The notes below the pieces were generated by a model. The model ran no database searches. It was not told the DNA's origin and saw only the letters and a program-made list of their open reading frames with translations. The translations under genes and the position numbers were made by a program. From positions 1-35,253 of the forward strand of contig CAYHUM010000003.1 of assembly GCA_964359945.1 (NCBI GenBank): a DNA stretch of 35,253 nt. Reading direction: 5' to 3'. The stretch is from Candidatus Woesearchaeota archaeon (GTDB lineage: Archaea > Nanobdellota > Nanobdellia > SCGC-AAA011-G17 > CAYHUM01). This document shows, piece after piece, positions 1 to 9,411 of this stretch (positions are counted from its first letter, which is position 1; each line of letters starts with the position of its first letter).

Positions 1-456
1 CCAAATACAGAATATAATCCGGAACAATTCCCAGGCTTAGTAATGCGTATTAGAGAACCTAAAACATCTGCCTTAATTTTTAGTTCTGGTAATATAGTTT
101 GTACAGGAGCTAAATCCTTAGCAAAAGTAAAAGAATCCATAAAGTGTATAATAAAGAATATAGAAAAAATAGGCATAAAAATTACTGTTAATCCACAAAT
201 TAAAGTACAAAATATGGTTTCATCTGGAGCAATAGGAATGGATTTAAACTTGAACTCATTAGCTGTAAAACTAGAAAACACAGAATATGAACCAGAACAA
301 TTCCCAGGTTTAGTATATAAGTTACCCGGAACCAGAGCAACTTTTTTATTGTTTAGTAATGGGAAAATAGTTTGCACAGGTACAAGATCAGAAGCAAAGT
401 TAATGGAAGCTGTAGATAAATTAATAGAGAACTTAAAAAAAGTAAATAGAAAATGA
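1..456 (+). CDS. tbp: TATA-box-binding protein (5' truncated by window edge)
   Basis: Frame is open from base 1 (PNTEYNPEQFPGLVMR...); two TBP repeats EYxPEQFPGLV...LxFSxGxIVCTG. Confidence 0.97.
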   Translation, partial: PNTEYNPEQFPGLVMRIREPKTSALIFSSGNIVCTGAKSLAKVKESIKCIIKNIEKIGIKITVNPQIKVQNMVSSGAIGMDLNLNSLAVKLENTEYEPEQFPGLVYKLPGTRATFLLFSNGKIVCTGTRSEAKLMEAVDKLIENLKKVNRK

Positions 457-2474
457 TTGATATAAATGAACAAGTTGAAAAATTTAAAGATTTCATTGAA
501 GAGTATTATAAAGAGGGACTATATGAATTAATTTCTAAAGGAGCTAAATCCTTAGTTATTAATTTTACGGATTTAGTAAAACATGATCCATCTTTAGCAG
601 AACAATTATTACAAGATCCTATAAATGCAATAAGAGCAGGAGAAATTTCTCTTGAACAATTAAATTTACCAGAGAATAATATAAATAGAGTAAGAATTGA
701 TAATATTCCAGAATCACAAAAATTAATGATTCGCGATATAAGAAGTGAAAATTTAAGCAAGTTTATTAGTGTAGAGGGGATAGTAAGACAAGCTTCTGAT
801 GTAAGACCCCAAGTTGTTTCTGCTAAATTTGAATGTCCTAGTTGTGGTAATGTTTTAAATATACTCCAAGTAGGAACCCAATTTAGAGAGCCATATAGGT
901 GTAGCTGTGGTAGAAAAGGAAAATTTAGATTATTAAGTAAAGATCTAGTAGATGCTCAAAGATTAGTAATAGAAGAAGTTCCTGAAACTCTAGAAGGAGC
1001 AGAGCAACCAAAAAGACTTTCTATATTTTTAAAAGAAGATTTAGTCGAGCCTAAAATGGAGCATAGAACTACTCCTGGAATAAGAATAAGAGTAAATGGT
1101 ATTTTAGAAGAAGTTCCTATACTAGCAAAAACAGGTGGTCAATCAACAACTTATAATATAATTTTACAATCTAATTATATTACTCCTGTAGAAGAGCATT
1201 TTGAAGAACTAGGAATAAGCAAAGATGAAGAAAAGAAAATTAAGGATTTAGCTAAGAATCCTAAAGTATATGACTTATTAGCAAGTTCCATAGCACCTTC
1301 AATTTTTGGTCATGAAAAAATAAAAGAAGCATTATTATTACAATTATTTGGAGGTGTAAAAAAAATAAGAGAAGATGGAACTAAAACAAGAGGAGATATG
1401 CATGTTTTATTGGTGGGAGATCCAGGAGCTGCAAAATCAAGTTTATTAATGTATATTTCTAAAGCAGCTCCAAAAGCAAGATTTGTTTCTGGTAAAGGAT
1501 CAACTTCAGCCGGAATAACAGCTTCAGTAGTAAAAGATGAATTTTTACGTGGATGGGCTCTAGAAGCAGGCGCTTTGGTTTTAGCTAATAGAGGAATAGT
1601 TGCAATAGACGAGTTAGATAAAATGTCTCCTGAAGATAGATCAGCTATGCATGAGGCACTTGAGCAACAACAAATTACTATAAGTAAAGCTAATATTCAA
1701 GCAACATTAAGAGCAGAAACTACTGTATTAGCTGCAGCTAATCCAAAACTTGGAAGATTTGACCCATTTGCTCCTATAGCTGCACAAATTGACTTACCCC
1801 CAACCTTAATTAATAGGTTTGATTTAATATTTCCAATTAGAGATATTCCTAATCGTGAAAAAGATGAAAAAATTGCTTCACATGTACTAGCATTACATAA
1901 AGATCCAAAAACAATTCAACCAGCAATAGATTTAAAATTATTTAGAAAATATATAGCATATGCTAGACAAAATATCAAACCACAGTTAACACAAGAAGCA
2001 TTAGATGAAATAAAATCATTTTATGTCGAATTAAGAAATTCTGCTGTAGCCTCTCCTGATGAAATTAAACCTATACCTATATCAGCAAGACAACTTGAAG
2101 CTCTAGTAAGACTTGCAGAATCATCAGCAAAAACGAGGTTATCTAATAAAGTAACTAAAGGAGATGCATTAAGAGCAATTGACTTACTCAAATTCTGCCT
2201 TTATCAAGTAGGATTTGACAGAGAAACAGGGCAAATTGATATTGATAGAATTTCTACAGGTATTACAACAGCCCAAAGAAGCAAAATGGTTGTTGTAAGA
2301 GAAATAATTACTGACATGGATGCCCATGGTCTTAAATCAATACCTATTCAAGATATAATTGAAGAAGCAAAGAGTAAAGGAATAGAAGAAGATCAAGTTG
2401 AAGATATAATAGAAAAATTAAAACGTGATGGTTCTATATTTGAGCCTAAACGTGGATTTATTTCAAAAATATAA
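453..2474 (+). CDS. mcm: MCM replicative helicase
   Basis: Zn-finger CPSC..CSC, Walker A GDPGAAKS, Walker B IDELDKM, AAANP, arginine finger NRFDL, ISARQLE, C-terminal winged helix. Confidence 0.97.
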   Translation: MIDINEQVEKFKDFIEEYYKEGLYELISKGAKSLVINFTDLVKHDPSLAEQLLQDPINAIRAGEISLEQLNLPENNINRVRIDNIPESQKLMIRDIRSENLSKFISVEGIVRQASDVRPQVVSAKFECPSCGNVLNILQVGTQFREPYRCSCGRKGKFRLLSKDLVDAQRLVIEEVPETLEGAEQPKRLSIFLKEDLVEPKMEHRTTPGIRIRVNGILEEVPILAKTGGQSTTYNIILQSNYITPVEEHFEELGISKDEEKKIKDLAKNPKVYDLLASSIAPSIFGHEKIKEALLLQLFGGVKKIREDGTKTRGDMHVLLVGDPGAAKSSLLMYISKAAPKARFVSGKGSTSAGITASVVKDEFLRGWALEAGALVLANRGIVAIDELDKMSPEDRSAMHEALEQQQITISKANIQATLRAETTVLAAANPKLGRFDPFAPIAAQIDLPPTLINRFDLIFPIRDIPNREKDEKIASHVLALHKDPKTIQPAIDLKLFRKYIAYARQNIKPQLTQEALDEIKSFYVELRNSAVASPDEIKPIPISARQLEALVRLAESSAKTRLSNKVTKGDALRAIDLLKFCLYQVGFDRETGQIDIDRISTGITTAQRSKMVVVREIITDMDAHGLKSIPIQDIIEEAKSKGIEEDQVEDIIEKLKRDGSIFEPKRGFISKI

Positions 2475-2483
2475 TTTCTTAAA

Positions 2484-3137
2484 ATGGAAAATACAAGGCA
2501 AACAGCTTATAAGCTATGGATTAAAGATATGGTTAATGGAGAATTTGTAAAGAGTTCAGGTAATTTTGATCCTAATTATATAAACACAAGAGATTTAAAA
2601 GTATCCAGAGTAAATATAATAGCTACAGTAATTTACAAAATAGATGATGAAAATTATTCTTCTATGGTACTAGAGGATAGTTCTGGTAATATAAGGGTTA
2701 AAGAATGGTCAAAACTAGAACTTTTAAAAGATATTAATATTGGAGATTTAGTTTTAATCATCGGAAAACCAAGACAATTTAATAATGAAATTTATATAAC
2801 CCCTGAAATAATAAAGAAATTAGATAATTTAAACTGGTTAAAAGTTAGAGAATTAGAATTAACTAAAATTTATGGGAAGCAAATTAAAAAACAAATTAGC
2901 TTAGATGAAAAATCATTACAAGAAATAGATAAAATTGAAGAAATAACAATACTAAATAATAGACAAAGAATCTTAAAAATGATAGAAAACCTTAGTAATG
3001 AAGATGGAGTAAGTTATTTAGACATAATGAATAATCTAGGACTAGATAAAGAAGAATCACAATTTATCATAGAAGAATTATTAAAAGAAGGAGAAATATT
3101 TGAAGTAAGTGAGGGAAAACTCAAAATATTGAGGTAA
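2484..3137 (+). CDS. RPA32-like OB-fold plus winged-helix ssDNA-binding protein
   Basis: RQTAYKLWI..RVNIIATV..LEDSSGNIRV OB-fold; C-terminal LLKEGEIFE winged helix; adjacent to mcm. Confidence 0.8.
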   Translation: MENTRQTAYKLWIKDMVNGEFVKSSGNFDPNYINTRDLKVSRVNIIATVIYKIDDENYSSMVLEDSSGNIRVKEWSKLELLKDINIGDLVLIIGKPRQFNNEIYITPEIIKKLDNLNWLKVRELELTKIYGKQIKKQISLDEKSLQEIDKIEEITILNNRQRILKMIENLSNEDGVSYLDIMNNLGLDKEESQFIIEELLKEGEIFEVSEGKLKILR

Positions 3138-3139
3138 AA

Positions 3140-3550
3140 ATGGAAGAATACACAGAATTATTACAAAAAGCATATTCAAAGTTGCCTAAAAAAATAACAA
3201 CTAAGGAAAGATTTGAAGTACCTAAGGTAGCTGGTCATATACAAGGTAATAAAACAATAATTAGTAATTTTTCTCAGATATGTGATACATTTCAAAGAGA
3301 ACCTTCACATTTACTTAAATATTTACAAAGAGAATTAGCCACCCCAGCTTCCATAGATGGACCTAGATTAGTTCTTGGGAGAAAAATAAGTTCAGATTTA
3401 ATAAACAACAAAATACAACAATATGCAAATGATTTTGTAATATGCTCAGAATGTAAAAAACCAGATACAAAACTTGTTAAAGAAGGTAAATTTTTGTTCA
3501 TTAAATGTTCAGCCTGCGGTGCTAAACATCCAGTAAAATCCAGAATATAA
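3140..3550 (+). CDS. eif2b: Translation initiation factor aIF2 beta subunit
   Basis: ERFEVP, GNKTII-NF, C-terminal CxxC-PDT...CxxCG zinc ribbon. Confidence 0.95.
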   Translation: MEEYTELLQKAYSKLPKKITTKERFEVPKVAGHIQGNKTIISNFSQICDTFQREPSHLLKYLQRELATPASIDGPRLVLGRKISSDLINNKIQQYANDFVICSECKKPDTKLVKEGKFLFIKCSACGAKHPVKSRI

Positions 3551-3551
3551 A

Positions 3552-4022
3552 ATGAAAAATATAAAAGAAGAATATACAAAAATAAAAACTAAATTTAATT
3601 TGCCTAATTTTGAAGAGGTAGATAAAGAATTTGAATTATATAGGATCGATATAGACAAAACAAGTATTTTAACGAAAGAAATACTGAGAACAATAATATC
3701 AAGGTTAATTAATTTCATAAATACGCTTGATCCTATAGTAAATACCCCTCCCCAATCTTTACATGCACTTATAGAAATAAACAATTTATCTGATGATGAT
3801 AAAAGAGAAATATTTGTTTTTTATAAAAGATTATCTATTTTAATACATGAAGCTTTAGTAGCAGAAATAGCAACAGAAAAAGAAAGTGCACAATTCATTA
3901 TGAAAATATGGAAACAATGGCCAGAAATAAGAAAAAAAGAAATGACATTTTTGAAGAAAATAGCTGAAGCCTGGCAAAAAGAAGAAGAGAAAGATGAAAG
4001 CTTAAAGGGATATACAACATAA
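3552..4022 (+). CDS. Hypothetical protein (alpha-helical)
   Basis: 156-aa ORF coupled by TAAAATG junctions on both sides; no motif recognised. Confidence 0.75.
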   Translation: MKNIKEEYTKIKTKFNLPNFEEVDKEFELYRIDIDKTSILTKEILRTIISRLINFINTLDPIVNTPPQSLHALIEINNLSDDDKREIFVFYKRLSILIHEALVAEIATEKESAQFIMKIWKQWPEIRKKEMTFLKKIAEAWQKEEEKDESLKGYTT

Positions 4023-4023
4023 A

Positions 4024-4308
4024 ATGTTTATAAAAATACATAAAAACTTTGGAAACGAAATAATTGCAGTTTGTGACGAAGATCTAATAGGAAAAACTAT
4101 AGAAGATAAAAAAATGAAGATTACAATTACTGAAAGATTTTACAAAGGAGAGAAAAAATCATCAACAGAAATTATTTCAATATTAAAAGAAGCTAAAAAT
4201 GCAAACTTAGTAGGTAAAGAAACTATAAAATTAGCTATAGATAATAATCTAATAAAAAAAGAGAATGTAATTAAAATTAAAAATATACCACATGCACAAA
4301 TCTTCTAA
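4024..4308 (+). CDS. DUF424 family protein
   Basis: IIAVCDEDLIGK, FYKGE, ANLVG, IPHAQ motifs typical of DUF424. Confidence 0.88.
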   Translation: MFIKIHKNFGNEIIAVCDEDLIGKTIEDKKMKITITERFYKGEKKSSTEIISILKEAKNANLVGKETIKLAIDNNLIKKENVIKIKNIPHAQIF

Positions 4309-4603
4309 ATCTTCTCGATCTGATTATTATGAGGGTATCTTACAAATAAGACCAAGGAATAAAGAATTATATGATTTTGTAATAAACCAAGTTCGTAAAA
4401 ATAATATTAGTATTGCAAAAGAATTAGATTTTGATTATGGATATGATTTTTATTTAAGTTCTAGAAAATTTACCACACAATTAGGAAAAAAATTAACAAA
4501 AAGCTTTAAAGGTGAAATTAAGATATCAAAGAGTTTGTATGGAAGACATAAACAAACTAGTAAAGATTTATACAGAATTACTGTATTCTTCAGAAAATTT
4601 TAA
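4292..4603 (+). CDS. NMD3-related protein (short, lacks N-terminal Zn-binding part)
   Basis: YYEGILQIR, GYDFYLSS, LYG...LYRITV resemble the C-terminal half of archaeal NMD3; next to DUF424. Confidence 0.7.
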   Translation: MHKSSKSSRSDYYEGILQIRPRNKELYDFVINQVRKNNISIAKELDFDYGYDFYLSSRKFTTQLGKKLTKSFKGEIKISKSLYGRHKQTSKDLYRITVFFRKF

Positions 4604-4604
4604 T

Positions 4605-4619
4605 CAAAAACTTTATAAA
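4605..4619 (+). promoter_or_regulatory. BRE plus TATA box for aIF1A-KH (probably leaderless)
   Basis: CAAAAAC-TTTATAAA; TATA 4612-4619, about 23 nt upstream of ATG 4642. Confidence 0.6.
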
Positions 4620-4641
4620 CATTCTATATGGTTTTTAGATA

Positions 4642-4968
4642 ATGAATAGAAGACAACAAAATCAAGACAATGAAGAAGTATTTAGAGTAAAAGTTCCTAA
4701 AGATAATGAAGTTATAGGAATTTTAGATCAAAGATTAGGAGCTTCTAGAATGCGTGTTAAATGTCTAGATGGAAAATCAAGAATTTGTAGAATTCCAGGA
4801 AGATTAAAAAGAAAATTATGGGTTAGAGAAGGTGATATGGTATTAGTTGAGCCTTGGGAATTTGGGGGCGATGAGAAAGGAGATATAGTTTTTAAATATA
4901 GAGATAACCAAATTCAATGGCTTAAAGAAAATGGATATCTTAAAAAATTAGACGAATTAGAATTCTAA
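4642..4968 (+). CDS. eif1a: Translation initiation factor aIF1A
   Basis: LGASRMRVKCLDGKSRICRIPGRLK..WVREGD.VLVEPW, KGDIVFKY. Confidence 0.96.
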   Translation: MNRRQQNQDNEEVFRVKVPKDNEVIGILDQRLGASRMRVKCLDGKSRICRIPGRLKRKLWVREGDMVLVEPWEFGGDEKGDIVFKYRDNQIQWLKENGYLKKLDELEF

Positions 4969-4969
4969 T

Positions 4970-5500
4970 ATGTATCAAGAAGAAATAAGAATTCCTAAAG
5001 AAAGAATAGCAATTCTCATAGGAAAGAAAGGATCGATTAAGAAAGATATAGAGAGAACTATGCATACCTTAATTAAAATAGATTCTATGGAAGGGGACAT
5101 TATTATAAAAGGTAAAGACTATTTAGAAGTTTCTACAACGAAAAATATAATTAATGCAATAGGTAGAGGTTTTAATCCATGGATAGCAAAACAATTATGT
5201 GATGAAGAGAATACTTTAGAAATAGTTAATATTCCTGAATACTCAAAAAAATCAAAGAAAAAACTAATAAGACTTAAATCAAGAGTAATTGGTACTAAAG
5301 GCCGTGCATGGAAATTAATAGAACAAATGACTAATACAGATATTTCAGTTTATGGAAAAACAGTATGTGTTATAGGACATATAGAAGATGCAGATTTAGC
5401 AAGAAAAGCAATCAGGATTTTATTATCAGGAGCTGAGCACGGAAATGCTTATAGATGGATAGAACGACAAAAAGCATTGCATAGAGATAGAAATTATTGA
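4970..5500 (+). CDS. KH-domain pre-rRNA processing protein (Dim2/Pno1)
   Basis: Two KH domains: RIAILIGKKG, AIGRGF, RVIGTKG, ISVYGKTV, GAEHGNAY. Confidence 0.92.
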   Translation: MYQEEIRIPKERIAILIGKKGSIKKDIERTMHTLIKIDSMEGDIIIKGKDYLEVSTTKNIINAIGRGFNPWIAKQLCDEENTLEIVNIPEYSKKSKKKLIRLKSRVIGTKGRAWKLIEQMTNTDISVYGKTVCVIGHIEDADLARKAIRILLSGAEHGNAYRWIERQKALHRDRNY

Positions 5501-5524
5501 TTTCTTCTAAAAATTTACATAATC

Positions 5525-5532
5525 TTTATAAA
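5525..5532 (+). promoter_or_regulatory. TATA box for top6B-top6A
   Basis: TTTATAAA about 25 nt upstream of ATG 5557. Confidence 0.55.
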
Positions 5533-5556
5533 GAATTCAGAATTCTAAATTAAAAA

Positions 5557-7149
5557 ATGACTGAAAAAAATAAATCAAATGAACCAATGGCAATAGAATT
5601 AGCCAAGTCTCAGAGAGAGATTTCTATATCAGAATTTTTTACAAAAAATAGACATTTACTAGGATATGACAATCCAGTAAGAGCATTAATGATGACAGTA
5701 AAAGAAGCTGTAGACAACTCAATGGATGCATGTCAAGAAATGAAAGTAATTCCCGAAATCTTTATTCAAATAGATCAATTAAGTGAAGATCGATTTAAAG
5801 TTATAGTAGAAGATAATGGTCCTGGAATAGTAAAAAAACAAATCCCAAATGTATTTGGTCGTTTATTATATGGATCAAAATTTCATAGATTAAGACAAAG
5901 TATGGGTCAACAAGGTATAGGTATAAGTGCAGCTGTACTTTATTCACAATTAACAACAGGAAAACCAACTAAAGTTGTTTCTAAAATAGATCCTCAAAAA
6001 CCAGCCCACTATTATGAACTTGGAATTAATACAAAAACAAATCAACCTGAAATTTTTAAAGAAGATGATATTGAATGGCAAAAAAATCATGGAACAAAAA
6101 TTGAAATAGAACTAGAGGCTAAATATCAAAAAGGAAAACAATCTGTTGATGAATATGTAAAACAAATCGCAATAGCTAATCCCCATGCCCATTTAATTTA
6201 TATTACGCCAGAAAAAGAAAAAATAGAATATGTAAGAGCAACTACACAATTACCTATTGAACCTAAAGAAATTAAACCTCATCCACATGGAATAGAACTT
6301 GGAATTCTAATTAAAATGTTGCATGATACAGAAGCAAAAACTGTTCAAAGTTTTTTACAAAACGACTTTTCTAGAATTGGACCTGGAACAGCAAAAGAAG
6401 TAATAGAGCAATCTAAAATTACAACAAAAAAATCTAAAGACTTAGAAGCAGATGAAATAGAAAGATTATTCAGAGCATTACAAAATGTAAGAGTAATAGC
6501 TCCTCCTACAGATTGTTTAAGTCCAATTGGTCAAGAATTATTAGAAAAAAGTCTTAGAAAAGAAATAGATTCTGAATTTTATGTTACTGTAACGAGATCT
6601 CCTAGTGTTTACAGAGGAATGCCTTTCCAAGTAGAAGCAGCAATAGCATATGGAGGTAATATTGATAGAGAATCTCAAGTTAGATTATTGAGATTTGCTA
6701 ATAGAGTTCCTCTACTTTATCAACAAGGAGCATGTGCAATTACCGAAGCTGTTATTGAAACTAATTGGAAAGCATATAATTTACAGCAATCTTCTAATAG
6801 TCTACCTATAGGCCCAGCAATTATACTTGTACATATTGCTTCAGTATGGGTTCCATTTACTAACGAAGCAAAAGAAGCAATAGCTCATTATGATGAGATT
6901 ATAAAAGAAATAAAATTAGCTTTACAAGAATGTGGGAGAAAATTAAATATTTATATTAATAAAACAATAAGAAGTGCAGAACAAAAAGAAAAAATAAGTT
7001 TATTTGAAAAATACATTCCTGAATTAGCTTCATCTTTAGCAACTTTATCAAATGAAAGTAAATCAAAAATAGAAGAAAGCTTAAGAAAAATATTAAAGAA
7101 AAATATGTCTAATTTACTAAATGAAAATGGCATCCAAGACAAAACCTAA
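5557..7149 (+). CDS. top6B: DNA topoisomerase VI subunit B
   Basis: GHKL motifs EAVDNSMDA, VEDNGPGI, GQQGIGIS; H2TH; RFANRVPL. Confidence 0.97.
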   Translation: MTEKNKSNEPMAIELAKSQREISISEFFTKNRHLLGYDNPVRALMMTVKEAVDNSMDACQEMKVIPEIFIQIDQLSEDRFKVIVEDNGPGIVKKQIPNVFGRLLYGSKFHRLRQSMGQQGIGISAAVLYSQLTTGKPTKVVSKIDPQKPAHYYELGINTKTNQPEIFKEDDIEWQKNHGTKIEIELEAKYQKGKQSVDEYVKQIAIANPHAHLIYITPEKEKIEYVRATTQLPIEPKEIKPHPHGIELGILIKMLHDTEAKTVQSFLQNDFSRIGPGTAKEVIEQSKITTKKSKDLEADEIERLFRALQNVRVIAPPTDCLSPIGQELLEKSLRKEIDSEFYVTVTRSPSVYRGMPFQVEAAIAYGGNIDRESQVRLLRFANRVPLLYQQGACAITEAVIETNWKAYNLQQSSNSLPIGPAIILVHIASVWVPFTNEAKEAIAHYDEIIKEIKLALQECGRKLNIYINKTIRSAEQKEKISLFEKYIPELASSLATLSNESKSKIEESLRKILKKNMSNLLNENGIQDKT

Positions 7150-8215
7150 AGAAGAAATACAATTACTTGGTAAAAAAATAACTAATCAAGTAGATAAAGG
7201 AAAAAATCCCGAAATTACTTTTCTATCTAGAAGTTTAAATAATATTGTTTATGACAAAAAAACTAAAACTCTAAAGCTAGGTGATAAAACAGCTACAAGG
7301 TCATTCTTTAATGTGGCTCATGCAAAAAAATTTTTACAAACAGTAGAAGTAGCTAGTGTAATTAAAAAAGAGTTATTAGATTCAGGAAAACATGAACATT
7401 TAAGAGGAGTATTTTATATTGTAAAAAGAACTATTCCTGGAACTAATGTTAATTTAGTTGATGAGCAAGTTGAAAGTGATAAAGCTATAGAAGACTTAGA
7501 AGTTATTACAGGGTTATCTAGAGAACAAATGCATGTTTCTGCAAATAAAATGGGAAGTATGGTTGGTAATTTAATTTTAGAAGATTCTGGAGACATAATA
7601 GATTGTTCTAAGTTGGGAAGAGGTGGTTATTCTATACCTTCTATTACAGACGAATTAGATTTTAAAAAAATAAAAGCAGATTATATTTTATATATGGAAA
7701 AAGCAGCTATATTTGAAAGACTTAACGAAGATAAATTTTGGCAAAAGAATAATTGCATTTTAATAACATCACAAGGTCAAACTACAAGAGGAATAAGAAG
7801 ATTATTACAAAGATTATCAGAAGAAAAAAATTTACCAATATATGTTTTATGTGATTGGGATATTTATGGAGCATATATTTATTCTGTAGTAAAATATGGA
7901 TCTATTACTTTAGCTCATGCATCTGAAAAATTAACTATACCAAATGTAAAATATATAGGAATTACAGGAGATGATGTTGTAAAATATGATTTAAAGAGGC
8001 ATTTAATTAAATTAACTGAACAAGATTCAGCTAGAATAAAACAAGTTTCTGAATATGATTGGTTTAAAGATAATAAAGAATGGATTAGACAATTTAAAAT
8101 GATGAAGGAAATGAATGGTAAAGTTGAAATACAAGCACTTGCAGCAAGAGGAATAAGTTTTATTTCAGAAACATATTTACCATCTAAAATTAAGAATAAG
8201 GAATTTTTAGACTAA
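7121..8215 (+). CDS. top6A: DNA topoisomerase VI subunit A (start may be 7127)
   Basis: Spo11-like: LRGVFY catalytic-Tyr region, EKAAIFERL, TOPRIM DWD, KVEIQAL. Confidence 0.95.
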   Translation: MKMASKTKPKEEIQLLGKKITNQVDKGKNPEITFLSRSLNNIVYDKKTKTLKLGDKTATRSFFNVAHAKKFLQTVEVASVIKKELLDSGKHEHLRGVFYIVKRTIPGTNVNLVDEQVESDKAIEDLEVITGLSREQMHVSANKMGSMVGNLILEDSGDIIDCSKLGRGGYSIPSITDELDFKKIKADYILYMEKAAIFERLNEDKFWQKNNCILITSQGQTTRGIRRLLQRLSEEKNLPIYVLCDWDIYGAYIYSVVKYGSITLAHASEKLTIPNVKYIGITGDDVVKYDLKRHLIKLTEQDSARIKQVSEYDWFKDNKEWIRQFKMMKEMNGKVEIQALAARGISFISETYLPSKIKNKEFLD

Positions 8216-8226
8216 AATTCTATATC

Positions 8227-8979
8227 TTATTCAATAGAAATTAATTCTACTTTTTCTCCGCTTGTAAGAGAAATTTCAAGTGTCGCTCCACCAACTTCAG
8301 AACAATAATATTTATTTTCTTTTAAGTCTGGGTCAAGAGGAGTGTAATCGAGAGTTTTTATACAGTTATTAAATGTACCAAAAGGAACTATGACTTTTTC
8401 ACCTAAAGAAACAACATCAGCCATGTCTTCAGCCTCGCCCTTATAATATTCTTGTCTATAAGAATCTCCAACTTTAGGATTTGCTTTCATTATAATTCCT
8501 GGTTTTGCACCATTTATACCAGTTTCCCAAGATCCTTTAGTGCTTACAACTTTTCCATTTTCAAATTCTTTGGAATCTTCACCAAAATACCAAACATTCC
8601 CTTCTTTATCTTGAGCATACCAATCAAATGTTTCTTCAATTAGTTCTCCATCAAGCCATACTCTATCCCATACAACAGTTGTTTCTATTTCATTAACCAT
8701 TCTTGTTTCATTAGTAACATAAGTCTCAATTTTTTCTAAACCATCTTTAGTATTTCCCTCATAAACCATTTTCTTCCCAGGACTTAAAGTAAAATATTTA
8801 TTAGTGATCTTAGATGTAAAATCAGAAGGATTAATTATTGGATTATAAGTAGTTTCATATAATTTTTCTGATTTTTGATTATTTTTTGGGGTTGATAAAA
8901 AATTAGATATAAATAAAGTATTTAAAACTATAAAAACTATTACAGTAATCATTAAATAAATAAGGTATTTTGTTTTCAT
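8227..8979 (-). CDS. Hypothetical membrane-anchored/exported protein
   Basis: N-terminal hydrophobic helix; beta-rich body with DWYAQDKEGNVWYFGE, GSWETG, YRQEYY motifs. Confidence 0.8.
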   Translation of the reverse strand: MKTKYLIYLMITVIVFIVLNTLFISNFLSTPKNNQKSEKLYETTYNPIINPSDFTSKITNKYFTLSPGKKMVYEGNTKDGLEKIETYVTNETRMVNEIETTVVWDRVWLDGELIEETFDWYAQDKEGNVWYFGEDSKEFENGKVVSTKGSWETGINGAKPGIIMKANPKVGDSYRQEYYKGEAEDMADVVSLGEKVIVPFGTFNNCIKTLDYTPLDPDLKENKYYCSEVGGATLEISLTSGEKVELISIE

Positions 8980-9100
8980 CTAAAAATTTTAAAGTAAGAT
9001 AAATTTATAAATTTAATTATATAATAATAAAATATTATTTTTCCTTAATACTAATCTTTTAGAAATGTTTTTAAAGCGATTTTTTGCTTATTATTTTTAT

Positions 9101-9186
9101 GCCCCGGTAGCTCAGCCTGGTAGAGCACATGGCTGTTAAAATATATAGAAACCATGCGGTCGGGGGTTCAAATCCCTCCTGGGGCG
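9101..9186 (+). tRNA. tRNA-Asn(GTT) with 12-nt intron at 37/38 (9139-9150)
   Basis: Acceptor GCCCCGG/CTGGGGC, anticodon stem CATGG/CCATG, T-arm GGGGG-TTCAAAT-CCCTC; BHB central helix CTGT/ATAG; TTTAAAG about 25-30 nt upstream; no encoded CCA. Confidence 0.93.
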
Positions 9187-9244
9187 CTTTTTTTTAAAAA
9201 CCCAGAAAAGCTTATAAACAATTTAAAAGCTATTTTATTTCTAA

Positions 9245-9408
9245 GGGCCTGTAGCTTAGCCTGGTTAGAGCACTCGACTGATAGGTTTGTTAGGCTCTCA
9301 TTTCCACGGAGGTGAGAATAGAGAGTTCTACTCTCTCCTAATTAAGCTCACAAATCGAGAGAACTAAAGTTCCGATAAAGGTCCCAAGTTCAAATCTTGG
9401 CAGGCCCA
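9245..9408 (+). tRNA. tRNA-Ile(GAT) with two introns: 70 nt at 37/38 (9284-9353) and 19 nt at 43/44 (9360-9378)
   Basis: Acceptor GGGCCTG/CAGGCCC, anticodon stem CTCGA/TCGAG, T-arm CCAAG-TTCAAAT-CTTGG; removing both inserts gives a normal cloverleaf with AGGTC variable loop; GAAAAG-CTTATAAA promoter at 9205-9218. Confidence 0.9.
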
Positions 9409-9411
9409 CTT

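Noticed and set aside
7-315. Repeated GAATATxAxCCxGAACAATTCCCAGG segments
   Set aside because: Normal internal two-fold repeat of TBP.
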